From the NCBI GenBank assembly GCA_963665275.2, contig CAXXIN010000013.1, forward strand, positions 1 through 64,000: a DNA stretch of 64,000 nt. Reading direction: 5' to 3'. Shown here in pieces: positions 10,419 to 21,250 of this stretch. Origin of the DNA: Negativicutes bacterium. GTDB lineage: Bacteria > Bacillota > Negativicutes > UBA1444. The first letter of the stretch is position 1. Each line of letters opens with the position of its first letter. Made by a program: the position numbers and the translations under genes. The notes under the pieces are model-generated. The model was not told the origin of the DNA and ran no database searches. It saw nothing but the letters and a program-made list of their open reading frames with translations.

Positions 10419-10898
10419 TTACGAAGCAATGCCCCCAGCACCTTTGCCGTACTTTTGTAAAGCAATCAGATTCGTTTTTCGCCACTGCAAACGGTCGTAA
10501 AATTCGAGGCCTTCAGCATTATTGCGATCAGCCAATAAATCCATGCGTGTTACGCCTTGTAGTTTCGCCCACTCTTCCAGTGCGCCAAGCAATTTCTTAC
10601 CGATCCCTAGACCGCGAAACCCTTCTGCAACAACAACGTCCTCAACAAGAGCCTTCCAGCCACCCTCTGCGGTTGAAATCAAAATCTGAGCGGAACACAT
10701 GCCGATAACCTTCTGGCCTTGCTCTGCTACCAGCAAACAGCGACCCGTTGGATATTTTAGAAACATCTCCAACCCAGAACGTTGTTTGTCCATGTCCACG
10801 GAAAAATCTTCTTCAACCGTAAATAGCAATGAAATCAGTTCCGCCATGGCCTCAATATCTGCTGGCTGCGCAAGGCGAATTACCAAACCTGTAGTCAT
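10419..10898 (-). CDS. GNAT N-acetyltransferase
   Basis: VVAEGFRGLGIGKKLL acetyl-CoA motif; N...FY motif. Confidence 0.9.
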   Translation of the reverse strand: MTTGLVIRLAQPADIEAMAELISLLFTVEEDFSVDMDKQRSGLEMFLKYPTGRCLLVAEQGQKVIGMCSAQILISTAEGGWKALVEDVVVAEGFRGLGIGKKLLGALEEWAKLQGVTRMDLLADRNNAEGLEFYDRLQWRKTNLIALQKYGKGAGGIAS

Positions 10899-11107
10899 GA
10901 ATACATTCCCCTCCCAGAGCGTGATGCTTTTCCCATTAGAATTCTTTTCCCGCTGTTTTTCCTGTTGAGTCCTTCATGATCCCGTACCCGTTGCAAACGC
11001 CTCCGATAATCAAATTATTATATTGCGTGACCAGGTACTAATTCCCTAATACTTTCAGCTAAAACAAACATTATCCCTCCAAGATTTGCCGAATTTTTAG
11101 CGGCCAT

Positions 11108-12595
11108 TCACCAAGGCTTTTTGTCATATACCACTCGGTTACGTCCTTGTGCTTTTGCCTGATACAAGGCGGCATCGGCTTCTGCCAAAAGGTTGGTCAT
11201 GCTCCCTTCTTTCTTTGCGTGGGCAACCCCGATACTGATCGTAATGGCCAGTTCTCCGGAGCTCGTCGTCATCTTTCTGTCAGCAACCACTTTGCATAAT
11301 CGTTCAAATATGGTGTCGATATCCATATCGACATTGATTGGTGCAATCAAAAGAAATTCTTCTCCACCCCATCGCGCGACAACATCATATTCCCTAACGC
11401 CTGTGACCAGAATCTTTGAAACCTGGCACAGAACTTCGTCTCCGATCTGATGACCCCAGGTATCGTTTACCTTTTTGAAGTGATCTATATCACACATCCC
11501 AATAGCCAGACCCGTTCCATAGCGCTTGCTGCGCGCCAGTTCTTTGGTCAGTTGATCAACGGCAGCGCGTCGATTCAGCAAGTCGGTCAATGGATCGTGG
11601 GTAGCTTGGTGAGTCAATGCACACTGACTTTCCAACAGTAAAGCATTGGCTGTTTTCAGCGTTTCTTGTTGAGCCTTTATTTGGCTCAGGCTCATCGTCA
11701 GGCGGAAGCCGAGGAAGGTAATCAACAGATATACAGCCCCCACAACACACATGAAGACAAGATACGCTTTCTCATCCACCGGACGCAAGCTGAAAAACTC
11801 AATATTTGTGTTTTGCAATTTTTCTCTTTGTACAGAGTAATTTGTTCGCCCAATTTGCACTCTGGTCTTATCCAGAGAAATTCCTGCTGGTTCGATAGCT
11901 AGATTGCCAAACTGGTGTGAATCTTGAATTTCTTTCACTTTATTTTGTTCGATCGGCAACACCATCTTGTACAGGAGTTCTGGGGAAGATGTTGCGAATA
12001 CTATCCCGTCTTCAGTGATCAGGCCAAGTACACTATTCGGATTCGCCGGCTTAAGCATATCCGCCATCTTTTTTACGCCCACACTCAGCCCCACTATGCC
12101 GATTGGAGTATTGTTCTTGTAAGACAAATGAGGGGCACTAAAAAACATCCGCGGGGTCTGCAAATTTCTCCCGATTCCGGGATATACATAGGTGCTGCCA
12201 TGGATAGCCTTTTGAAAATACGGCCGGTATCGGTAATTTTGCCCCACGGAGACAGCACCGCTGCCTGCCAGCTGTGTCCCGTTCACGTCCATGACGAATA
12301 GCGAGTCTGCTTCAAGAAAATATCGCAGCGTGTCCATAGAGGCCTGCGTCTCCGGACCGATTTCGCGTTCGGCTGCCAAATCAATTATATCGAGCGCTTC
12401 AACAGCGCGGATTGCATCTCGATATCTTCGCAACAGCGCTTCAAGTTCGCTTTTGACAGGAAAGTTTTCATGCTCTTCAACGCCTTTAACTCTTTCACCA
12501 TAAAAATCATGGGCGAAAAGCAAAATCGGAATAATGCCTACCAAGGCTAGCGCAAGAACTAACAAAATTCTTTTGGGGAGATCTATCCGAATCAC
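11108..12595 (-). CDS. Membrane diguanylate cyclase with Cache sensor domain
   Basis: TM-Cache (YRPYF)-TM; HDPLTDLLNRR, DIDHFKKVND, RxxD I-site, GGEEF. Confidence 0.92.
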   Translation of the reverse strand: MIRIDLPKRILLVLALALVGIIPILLFAHDFYGERVKGVEEHENFPVKSELEALLRRYRDAIRAVEALDIIDLAAEREIGPETQASMDTLRYFLEADSLFVMDVNGTQLAGSGAVSVGQNYRYRPYFQKAIHGSTYVYPGIGRNLQTPRMFFSAPHLSYKNNTPIGIVGLSVGVKKMADMLKPANPNSVLGLITEDGIVFATSSPELLYKMVLPIEQNKVKEIQDSHQFGNLAIEPAGISLDKTRVQIGRTNYSVQREKLQNTNIEFFSLRPVDEKAYLVFMCVVGAVYLLITFLGFRLTMSLSQIKAQQETLKTANALLLESQCALTHQATHDPLTDLLNRRAAVDQLTKELARSKRYGTGLAIGMCDIDHFKKVNDTWGHQIGDEVLCQVSKILVTGVREYDVVARWGGEEFLLIAPINVDMDIDTIFERLCKVVADRKMTTSSGELAITISIGVAHAKKEGSMTNLLAEADAALYQAKAQGRNRVVYDKKPW

Positions 12596-12841
12596 CTCTT
12601 CCTGTCAATTGACTTGATAATTGTATTTAGATGAAAACCATCTTTTTCACCTTGGTCGATCCAATCTACTGCTTGTCGCACCATTTCTTGTCTATGAGAC
12701 TTTATTATTTTCCAGCATTAAACAAATATGATTCACGTTCAAAGTTGGAAAGTCAGCAATCCGAATCAAAAAACACCTTCCAGTTATTATATAATTAGGC
12801 AAACAGAGTAAAGACCGACGAAGTTCAAAGGGGAATAAAAA

Positions 12842-13726
12842 GTGAGTTATATTCCTTTCATTGAGAAAACGATCGATTATATTGAAGAAAATATCAGAGA
12901 CGATATTAGCTTGGAGAAAGTGGCTTTTCTGGCCGGGTTCTCTAAGTTTCATTTTCTGCGTGTTTTTAAGGCCGTTACCGACAACACTGTAGCAGATTAC
13001 ATAAGAAAAAGACGGCTGACTCTCGCTGCCAATGACTTGCTCGGTTCACAGAAAGGGATTCTGGAAATCGCCATGACCTACAGATACAATTCCCAGGAGG
13101 CATTTACCCGGGCTTTCAAGGACAGATATAAAACAACACCCATGGCCTACCGAAATAACAACTTTCCTTTTGTGAACAGTGAAAAGGCGATCCTGTCCGG
13201 CCAAGTGATGGAGTTTAATAGGAACTTGGATTGCACGCCGTTAATCCCACGCATCGTCCAGTTAGACGCCATTACCGTATTAGGATTTCAAATTAGCAAC
13301 AGGGCGCCGGGCGCCACGTCTTCCTTGTGGAATCGATTCGATCAGAATCAGCATCGAATAAAACACCCAACCCAGCCTCCTGCTTATTATGGCATCGAAA
13401 AACTCGGTGCTTTCCCTCCCCATGGTTCTGTCGTGGAATATATGGCCTGCCAGTCGGTGGAACACTTGCACGAGATGCCTGAAGACATGACAGCGGACTC
13501 CATTCCACCAAATCAATATGCTGTTTTCTCTATTACCGCTGTTCCGGAGTATCTGCAAAAAGCCATCATGTGTATCTATAGCAAATGGCTGCCGGAATAC
13601 GGACTCTATCCAGTGGGAGACTATGACTTCGAATATTATGACGAAGCCTATCGACAAAACGATCCAAAAAGTCATTTGGATTTTTATATTCCCATTCAAT
13701 CCATCAGCAAAAAAAGGGGGAAATGA
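12842..13726 (+). CDS. AraC-family regulator with GyrI-like effector domain
   Basis: N-terminal AraC HTH (FSKFHF, SQEAFTRAFK); C-terminal IYSKWLP...DFEYY...FYIPI. Confidence 0.92.
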   Translation: MSYIPFIEKTIDYIEENIRDDISLEKVAFLAGFSKFHFLRVFKAVTDNTVADYIRKRRLTLAANDLLGSQKGILEIAMTYRYNSQEAFTRAFKDRYKTTPMAYRNNNFPFVNSEKAILSGQVMEFNRNLDCTPLIPRIVQLDAITVLGFQISNRAPGATSSLWNRFDQNQHRIKHPTQPPAYYGIEKLGAFPPHGSVVEYMACQSVEHLHEMPEDMTADSIPPNQYAVFSITAVPEYLQKAIMCIYSKWLPEYGLYPVGDYDFEYYDEAYRQNDPKSHLDFYIPIQSISKKRGK

Positions 13727-13727
13727 C

Positions 13728-14615
13728 ATGCTGCACCTAAAGATCTCACTATTGATACTGATCGGTTGTTTGCTTGCCGGAAACGATCCTGCCTACGCGG
13801 GGCCTGTGAAACAATATTATTACAGGCAATTGGTTTACAACCATGTATCGCCATTTTACCCCATCCGGGGAATTTACGAAATTTCGTCGGAAGCAGCGCA
13901 AAACGCCCCCCACTATATTTTCAAATTGGACGATCAGGGACGTATTCAGGAAATCATCAATAATAACACCGAAAACGAAAAATGGCGGAACCATCCATTA
14001 ACCCATTTGCAGGTTTACCGCACAGTCGTTGAATACACGAAAAATCAAGAAATTCGCACTTTTTTCGATGTGAAAGGCACTCCAGTGGTCAACATCCGGA
14101 ACGCTTTTAAAGAAATCTACACCTATGACGCCACCGGCCTCAAACTCTCTTTGGAGTTTTTCGACAGTAACGGCCAACCTGTCAACAACATTTGGGGCAT
14201 AGCCCGATATGCCTGGACAAAAGCCAATGACATGATTGTGGAAAAAAGATATAGTTTGGACGGCAAATCAATGCCGATATCACCCTACTTTCCTTTTTTC
14301 ATTACTGGCCTTCAAATGGACGGCAACGGTTATTCAGTAGCTCACTACAACTTAAACGAGGAGTTGAAAATCTCCAACAACAAAGATGGAGTATCAGTTT
14401 ACCGCGACAAATACGATGTCAATGGCAATCACGTGGACTATGCCTACTTCAACGAAAGCGCCCAACCTGTGCTGACAGCCTCCAAGTTTGCCAAGTGCCA
14501 GAAGTCTTATAACGATTGGGGCAATGTGATCATGATGACTTTTTTTGATCTCAATGACCATATTGTTCGCGAGCAGCTCTTCCAATACGATGAGCACGGA
14601 AAACTGATTCAGTGA
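13728..14615 (+). CDS. Secreted hypothetical protein with YD-like beta repeats
   Basis: Start ATG 13728 after GGGGG RBS; signal peptide; repeated YDxxG...FFDxxG units. Confidence 0.7.
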   Translation: MLHLKISLLILIGCLLAGNDPAYAGPVKQYYYRQLVYNHVSPFYPIRGIYEISSEAAQNAPHYIFKLDDQGRIQEIINNNTENEKWRNHPLTHLQVYRTVVEYTKNQEIRTFFDVKGTPVVNIRNAFKEIYTYDATGLKLSLEFFDSNGQPVNNIWGIARYAWTKANDMIVEKRYSLDGKSMPISPYFPFFITGLQMDGNGYSVAHYNLNEELKISNNKDGVSVYRDKYDVNGNHVDYAYFNESAQPVLTASKFAKCQKSYNDWGNVIMMTFFDLNDHIVREQLFQYDEHGKLIQ

Positions 14616-14637
14616 CATTGGCGTGACACTTCTTTTC

Positions 14638-14692
14638 AAATGCCGTTAGTTGTGATGCGTCTTCTGCGCATCACAACCAACGGCATTTTTTT
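14638..14692. terminator. Bidirectional intrinsic terminator
   Basis: AAATGCCGTTAGTTGTGATGCG...CGCATCACAACCAACGGCATTT between convergent genes. Confidence 0.75.
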
Positions 14693-14715
14693 CAATCCTG
14701 CATTGTTACCGAATA

Positions 14716-16017
14716 TTATTTTTTTGCCCCACGCATGATCCCGTACGCTTCTCCCATATAAATGTGCTTATATGAATTTGCGTCAATGGCGGGCGCGGTT
14801 AATTCAAAACCGGCTTGCGGTTGGAAGAGCATTACAATATCCGAGCCGCCAAACAGGAAATACCCGAGCGGATCTCCCTTTTTGACTATGGCGCCGACTT
14901 TAACAGTTTCTTCGAAGTTGACGGAGGAGACTTGCGACATGCCGATCGGCAGTACGGCAACCAACCCATATTTTCCCGTATCGACAATAACACAGGCGCG
15001 GGTTTCGATTGACTGCCAGCCGGGAATTTGGTCTTGCAACTCATACTTGCGAAGTTTTTCATTCCAGACGGTAATCCCGCCTGCCGCATCATCGGCGAGG
15101 ATCGTGCGGACTTCTTTGACGGTTCCGCTTACAGGGAAGTGATACCGGTGATAATCATTTACATCAAGGAAAGTGTGCGTTAAAACGCCGTTGGCGAATT
15201 GTCCGGCATAAGCGCTGCCCACCCCGAGAATATCATCCACGGAATTAAAGTTGGCTGATTTTAGCCGCACCCCTTTGGACTGTTCAAATCGGGAGTTTGC
15301 GTCAATTGTCCATATGCCCTGTGGCGCCGAGTCCGCAGGAGAAACAACGACGGCTTCATTCGCCTTTTCAGCAATGGGACGGGCGTCCGGCGAACTTAAG
15401 CGGCGAGCAAAAAAATCATTGAAAGTAGACCATTTCTCAGGGCTTTCATACCAGCCATTGTTCATGCCAAATCTTTCATCGGCGAGAGTTTTTTTATAGA
15501 ATTCTTCGTTCCAGGAAGCATTGGTACTTAAATATTCACCCCAGTGTTTGGTGAAGACGATCATCCAGGAACGGAAAGGTTCGACGTATTGAAGTGAATT
15601 GTAGTAGTGGCCCTTGCCTTTGAGTTCATCCAAAGGTTGGTCGATAACAAAGTAGAAGTAGTCTAGGCTTTGATCAATGCTCTCGTATAATTTGGGATGG
15701 CGCTCCGCAGAAGGCAGGATATTGAAAGGCATGGCAATTGTTGCCCAATCAATGAACTCGTAGAATTCTTCCAACGTTTGAGCCGGATTCGTTTCCCTGT
15801 CCGGATTAATCTGTTTGGCCTGTTTGATGGATTGGACAAGCATGCGTTTGAAGTCGGCGTTGTGCTCGACCATTGTTATCAGCGCTTCGGTATCCGGCGC
15901 ATGTTTTTTGATGCTTTCAGCGGCATAGACGTTGTTGATGTCGGAGAAAACCACCCCGGTACACACTGATAAGGCAATGATTACGCTAACAATGATGCTA
16001 AAAAGTTTCTTGAACAC
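14716..16017 (-). CDS. Phosphatidylserine decarboxylase-family pyruvoyl enzyme with signal peptide
   Basis: FNDFFAR, SPADS, DYHRYHFPVSG and FGGSD self-cleavage motif; N-terminal signal sequence. Confidence 0.85.
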   Translation of the reverse strand: MFKKLFSIIVSVIIALSVCTGVVFSDINNVYAAESIKKHAPDTEALITMVEHNADFKRMLVQSIKQAKQINPDRETNPAQTLEEFYEFIDWATIAMPFNILPSAERHPKLYESIDQSLDYFYFVIDQPLDELKGKGHYYNSLQYVEPFRSWMIVFTKHWGEYLSTNASWNEEFYKKTLADERFGMNNGWYESPEKWSTFNDFFARRLSSPDARPIAEKANEAVVVSPADSAPQGIWTIDANSRFEQSKGVRLKSANFNSVDDILGVGSAYAGQFANGVLTHTFLDVNDYHRYHFPVSGTVKEVRTILADDAAGGITVWNEKLRKYELQDQIPGWQSIETRACVIVDTGKYGLVAVLPIGMSQVSSVNFEETVKVGAIVKKGDPLGYFLFGGSDIVMLFQPQAGFELTAPAIDANSYKHIYMGEAYGIMRGAKK

Positions 16018-16168
16018 TAACGCCGCCTCCTCTTTTATCCTGGAATGCCTAACTTGAGATTAAATTTCGTCGTTGTGTCCCACTATACCTGCCACTGTGG
16101 CAATTGACATACTATATAATGTTGGTATCTGAAACGAATTGGCTCAAGCGCAAAGGAGATGTTCACGA

Positions 16169-17417
16169 GTGGAAAACTATAGAACTGTCGGTGAATTTGA
16201 AAAGCAAGAATCGGTCTTGCTGATCTGGCCCCGTTCCCCCTATGCAACCTCACACCTTAACAACGACATTGTCAGCACAAAGGTTGTACAGGCAATCGTC
16301 GGGGAAGTTGACGTCATTGTTTGCTGCTTCGATGAGACCGTAGAGCAGCGGGCGCAAAAATCCCTGACCCACTATGGGGTTGACATCGCCCTGATCCGCT
16401 TTGTTCTATTTCCTGCCGAAATCATGTATCCGCGGGACTTTGGCGCCGAGGTCATGCTCGGCAATCTCGGAAACCGTGCAAGAGCCGATTTTCGCTTTAA
16501 CACGTATGGCTTCGCTGCCGAGGAGGACGACATTTCACTTCTTTTGCGCGGGTTTGGTAATTTTCATGCAAATCTTGTGGGAATAACGGCTAGCATTCCT
16601 TCCAGTTTAATCAGCGAAGGGGGCGACCGTGAATTTAACGGCTGTGGTGTCATGATGGCCATACATGAGACGGAAGTTACGAAACGCAATCCCGAAAAAT
16701 CGACAATGGAAGTTGAGCAGGAACTAATGCGTGTATTTCATCTCAATCAGATCATTTGGATTCCTCAGGGCTCTTATGACGATGAGTCCCCCGCTTTCCG
16801 GCGCGATTCCCTCGGTCGACGGCCGCTTGAACTCCTATCGCAGTTCCTCAGCCAACGGACACATTGATGAAATCTGCCGCTTTGTTAGAAAAGACACGAT
16901 TATTATCGCGCATATTTCCGAAGAAGAAGCCAAGGCCAGCAAATTGCATGCTCTGAACAAAGTGAGGCTCGACATGGCGTATGAAGTCGTAAAAAACGCC
17001 AGGAATCATGACGGCAGGCCTTTTACCATTCTCAAAATGCCTGTACCCGAATCGATCTATGTTGATCTTTATCCAGAAGATGACGTTTTTTCTCTTTGGA
17101 GCAAGGCCAGCGACATTATGGGCGGAGTTTTATTAGATGGAACGCCATTTCCAGCTGCACCAATCAATGTGCTTCCGGCACTAAGCTATTGCAACTTTTT
17201 GATCACTAACAACGTGGTCGTTGCTCAGAAGTACTATGAGGAAGGAATGCCGGAAATAATTCGGGAAAAAGATGAAAAGGCGCTACAAGTTTTGCAAACT
17301 GCTTTTCCAGACCACCGCATTGTTCAAATAAATACATTGTCACTAAACTTGTACGGTGGTGGAGTTCATTGCCATACTCGAAATATACCTGCAGCAGTGG
17401 CTTACGATCGTTTCTAA
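16169..17417 (+). CDS. Agmatine deiminase-family protein, split by a 1-nt frameshift
   Basis: YPRDFG, SEGG, NGHIDE, SYCNF and GGGVHCHT motifs spread over two frames; extra C in the C5 run at 16788-16792. Confidence 0.85.
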
Positions 17418-17454
17418 CCAGCGGTATTCCGTATCGACAGGCGAATATTCTTAG

Positions 17455-18477
17455 TTACGCTTTGAGGATCCACCCGCCGGGAGCTTCCACATCGCCAAAT
17501 TGAATCCCGCAAAGAATGTTGTAGAGCTTCGCGGTGATCGGCCCAACTTCGGTCTCACTGTGAAAGACATGAAGCCTGCCCTTGTATTGAATTCCGCCGA
17601 TCGGCGTAATGACGGCTGCGGTTCCGCAGGCCCCCGCTTCCTTGAACTCATCAAGGTTGTCAATCAGAACATCCCGTTCTGTCGCTTTCATGTGCAAGTA
17701 CTCCCTGGATAAATGGAGTAGCGAATACTTTGTGATGCTGGGCAAAATAGAAGGAGAAGCGGGCGTGACAAACTCATCATCCGTGGTGATACCAAAGAAG
17801 TTGGCTGCACCGACTTCTTCGATTTTCGTGTGGGTCAACGGATCGAGGTAGATGCAATCTGCAAAGCCGCTTTCTTTCGCCAATTTATTGGGATAAAAAC
17901 TAGCCGCGTAATTGCCGCCCACTTTCGCCGCTCCTGTGCCGTACGGAGCTGCCCTGTCATAGTCACTAACCACGAAGTTGACAGGCATCAGCCCTCCCTT
18001 AAAATAGGGACCCACCGGAAAGCAGAAAACGGAGAACAGATATTCCGGCGCTGGCCCGGCGGCGATGTAATTTCCGACACCCAGCATGAATGGTCTGATA
18101 TATAAAGTTGCGCCGGACCCATAGGGGGGAACGTAGCACGCGTTGGCCCGCACCACTTGCAATACTGCCTCCAAAAATTTTTCTTCCGGAATTTCCGGCA
18201 TACTTATCCGACTGGCGCTGCGGTTGAACCGTTTAGCGTTTTCAGCGGGACGGAAAAGCTGAATATCACCGGATTTTGTTCTATAGGCCTTCAAGCCTTC
18301 GAAGCACTGCTGACCATAGTGCAATGCCGGCGAACACTCGCCGATCGAAAGGTTATTGTCCGTTACCAACCGTCCTTCGCCCCACTGCCCATCTTTCCAG
18401 TTTGAAATGTAACGGAATTCAGTTTTCAGATATTTAAACCCAATATTGTTCCAATCGACGTTTGCCAGCTCGCTCAT
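17455..18477 (-). CDS. ilvE: Branched-chain amino acid aminotransferase
   Basis: LHYGQQCFEGLKAY, AKVGGNYA (PLP lysine), EEVGAANF, GTAAVITP. Confidence 0.95.
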   Translation of the reverse strand: MSELANVDWNNIGFKYLKTEFRYISNWKDGQWGEGRLVTDNNLSIGECSPALHYGQQCFEGLKAYRTKSGDIQLFRPAENAKRFNRSASRISMPEIPEEKFLEAVLQVVRANACYVPPYGSGATLYIRPFMLGVGNYIAAGPAPEYLFSVFCFPVGPYFKGGLMPVNFVVSDYDRAAPYGTGAAKVGGNYAASFYPNKLAKESGFADCIYLDPLTHTKIEEVGAANFFGITTDDEFVTPASPSILPSITKYSLLHLSREYLHMKATERDVLIDNLDEFKEAGACGTAAVITPIGGIQYKGRLHVFHSETEVGPITAKLYNILCGIQFGDVEAPGGWILKA

Positions 18478-18619
18478 AATCAATTTCACTCCCCAAATCA
18501 ATGATTTATCGACTTCTCCTGAAATTTCTCCATCTTATTCACTCGAGAGATGTATTTCAATGGGCATTCTTATTGATACAATTGTTCCCATCCCCTTCGT
18601 GAAAGAGTTGAATAGATAC

Positions 18620-18934
18620 TCAGCCTTGCAATTTAGCTATTATTGAATTAAATTCTTCATCAGTTGCTATTTCGCCAGACAGACAAGGGTACTCTTTATT
18701 TTGCCAATAGGATAATTTTCTCATGTTTTTTCTGACTATTTTTTCTGCAAAATCCCTAGTCATGGAAGAGTCTAAGCTCATAAAAAACTGTACTCCCCCT
18801 TCAAAGATCTCTTCACAAGATTTAATTTGTTTATCTTCGTTGACACAGTGAATACAGAACGATTCACTGTCTGTTTCTAATCCAATAACACTATCACTAT
18901 CTAAGGGCATTGAGCAAGCTGCGCAGAATTTCAT
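18620..18934 (-). CDS. Zinc-ribbon domain protein
   Basis: FCAACSMP and FCIHC pairs, LSYW; typical of small putative zinc-ribbon proteins. Confidence 0.7.
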   Translation of the reverse strand: MKFCAACSMPLDSDSVIGLETDSESFCIHCVNEDKQIKSCEEIFEGGVQFFMSLDSSMTRDFAEKIVRKNMRKLSYWQNKEYPCLSGEIATDEEFNSIIAKLQG

Positions 18935-18964
18935 GTTTTGACACCGTCCTTTTTTATCACTTTC

Positions 18965-19731
18965 TTACATATCTAACAGTCGGTAATGGTGTTCGGACAA
19001 AGGGGTAAATCCATGTTTTCGGTATAGCGATATAGCCGGCAAGTTATCTTTTAGGACCTGCAAATACAATTGATCTGCACCATTACACAAAGCCCACCCG
19101 GCAAGAGCGCGGAGCAGCGCTGCCGCCGCCCCTTTCCCCCGGTGTTCTGCGTCAACGACAATATTACTCAATCCTGCCCACCCTCTCTCTATACCACTAC
19201 ACTTCCGAGTGCGATTAACTTCCCGTTATCACAGAGGCTAACAAACGACTTCTTGGGACCAATCGCGGAAAATATATGGATATACCCATCATAACGAGCA
19301 GGCGAGTAACCTTCTAATCTCATAAAATCATAAATCCACTCACTACTCGCTTCTCCCGCGAACTCAGCTGTAAATCGATCAGACTCCGCGGAGAGAGCAG
19401 GCATCACCTCACTACATGATGCGATCATCGTGTAGCATTCAAACATCTTACGATATCCGCTAGAATGCAGGATATCATCTAATTCTGCTGGTGATGCCTC
19501 GCCGATATAGAAGCAAGGCAAAAGCGATCGTTGCCTATAAAAATTCTCTACAACTTCCAGCCATTCCCCGTACTCAGGAAAAGCGCCGCAGGTATACACA
19601 GAATTTGCCCGCTTTGTTACGCCCAGATTTGCCCGCAATCTCCACTCTCCCAGCGTTTGCTGGATGTACGAAGGCCAACTATTGGCTGCGAGTTCTTCAA
19701 TGAATCGAACAAGTTTTATATCGCCCCGCAC
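18965..19731 (-). CDS. GNAT acetyltransferase, split by a frameshift near 19190
   Basis: N-part GVTKRANSV; C-part HRGKGAA...YLQV..N..A..LY..GF; the frames join near VV-ERGWAG. Confidence 0.75.
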
Positions 19732-19801
19732 AGGTTCCTCTCCTTTTCAGCTACTACGCTCTGCCACATCACTGCATACGCTTAAATTTAGCACACAACC
19801 C

Positions 19802-20070
19802 AAAAACTCCTGCCAAATCATTCAATAATTGGGCAGGAGTTTTTTTTACGAACGCACCGCCTATAAATACCGCTACAAAGTTGCGCAACTCAAAGAAGTA
19901 GCCGGGACTCACTATCCACTCCAAACCCTACACTTTGAAAAATTCCAATCCAAAGGCGCCGGTGTGTTTGGTTTTATAGAGCGACTTTATCTCCGGAGAT
20001 TTCAACCGCGAGGAAAGGCGCTCCCGCGCCGCCGCGACAAATGCCAGCGACAGTCCGAAAGCGCCTCTAT
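19802..20070 (-). pseudogene. Decayed copy of the rlmH 3' half and its terminator
   Basis: 20011-20065 reads GAFGLSLAFVAAARERLS, 44 of 55 nt identical to 27056-27111 by manual alignment; residual IYR-AF codons near 19850-19870; terminator 19802-19847 resembles the rlmH terminator. Confidence 0.7.
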
Positions 20071-20104
20071 GATCTTACATTGGCTTTGTTTGTTCCAGAA
20101 TCAG

Positions 20105-21250
20105 TTACTTCGTTACCAGTGCTTTCACATTATCAATCAACGCCGCATCCCCTTTTGTCACTAAGACAGAGTAGAGACCCTCGGTAGTTGCTTGTGAAAG
20201 TACATAATCTCTAAAAGCATTAAATTTAGCGGAGTTTAGATCGGATTCCCTCATGCCGTATTCCGATTTTGCTATATCGCTCAATTTTCCAATGATCACA
20301 GTGGACATTGGTTCGGTGAGTATATAATCATGATCGCCCAGATGTGTAATATAACCTTCTATGGCCAATGGATGCGGCAGAGTATCGCCCTGTTCAGATA
20401 GTAACCCCATGGCAACAGGATCTTTACCGGCAATCATGGCTGCGGCCTTAATCCAGCCCACGATTTGTTTTTCATCATTCTTGCTATAAGGGGGAGTATG
20501 CGCACAAGCCATGGCAACGATTACTTCTTTAGGAAAACCGCGATAAATGGCTTCGGCAATACTTAAAACATGATGTGAACCCGTTCCGGCAACAGCGTAT
20601 TGAGGTGTAAGGGCATAATCGGACTGCCATTGAAAAACCCAAGGTTTATTCATGTCATGCAGAATCTCCGAAGCCAGCATAATATCTTTGTCTGCCGCAA
20701 AATGAAATACATCTTGGTAGGCATTATAAATACCAAGGGCAATTTTCACATTGGCTGCCGTATGAGTGACCAATCCGCCAGGATAGGCATGGTGGCTCAT
20801 ATAGCCGCTGCCGGGGGCTGAGTAGAAGGGCTGAGCCGGTTTTTGCGGATCAGCGACAGGAGGCAAAAACTGATCATACGTAGCATCCGCCTTCACATAT
20901 CCGGCTACCACAAGTTGTTGTTTGAGAATTTCTTTATCGGCATCCGATGTAAATCTTTGCAGGACAGATGCAACCGGATTTTTCAAATAATCGGCAGTCA
21001 TCTTGCGTAATGTGGAGTCGGAAATTTCATCCGTAACTTTCAACAAATAATTATAGCTGTTCATGACATACTCTGATTTTTCCGCCATTGCAATCGGGGT
21101 AAGCTTTTGACAATCATCAAACGTTATGGGCTTAATACTTTTGGCCATGGCTGAGTTTGTGCCACCAAACAGTATGACAGATAGCATCCCAACAATAATG
21201 AACAATTTTACCATGCTTTGACTAAATGCTTGCTTTGAATATGAATACAC
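20105..21250 (-). CDS. Exported HD-domain metal-dependent phosphohydrolase
   Basis: Signal peptide; SHHAYPGGLVTH, ILHDMNK, GSHH, ACAH and GDHD metal ligands. Confidence 0.8.
   Translation of the reverse strand: MYSYSKQAFSQSMVKLFIIVGMLSVILFGGTNSAMAKSIKPITFDDCQKLTPIAMAEKSEYVMNSYNYLLKVTDEISDSTLRKMTADYLKNPVASVLQRFTSDADKEILKQQLVVAGYVKADATYDQFLPPVADPQKPAQPFYSAPGSGYMSHHAYPGGLVTHTAANVKIALGIYNAYQDVFHFAADKDIMLASEILHDMNKPWVFQWQSDYALTPQYAVAGTGSHHVLSIAEAIYRGFPKEVIVAMACAHTPPYSKNDEKQIVGWIKAAAMIAGKDPVAMGLLSEQGDTLPHPLAIEGYITHLGDHDYILTEPMSTVIIGKLSDIAKSEYGMRESDLNSAKFNAFRDYVLSQATTEGLYSVLVTKGDAALIDNVKALVTK

Noticed and set aside
10895-11000. Leader peptide upstream of the GNAT gene
   Set aside because: Poor RBS spacing and no informative composition
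12806-12835. c-di-GMP-I-like GGCAAAC...GACG motif
   Set aside because: The P2 stem does not pair and the downstream conserved elements are absent
19829-20164. 111-aa plus-strand ORF
   Set aside because: Starts inside a terminator, has no RBS, and overlaps the decayed rlmH copy on the other strand
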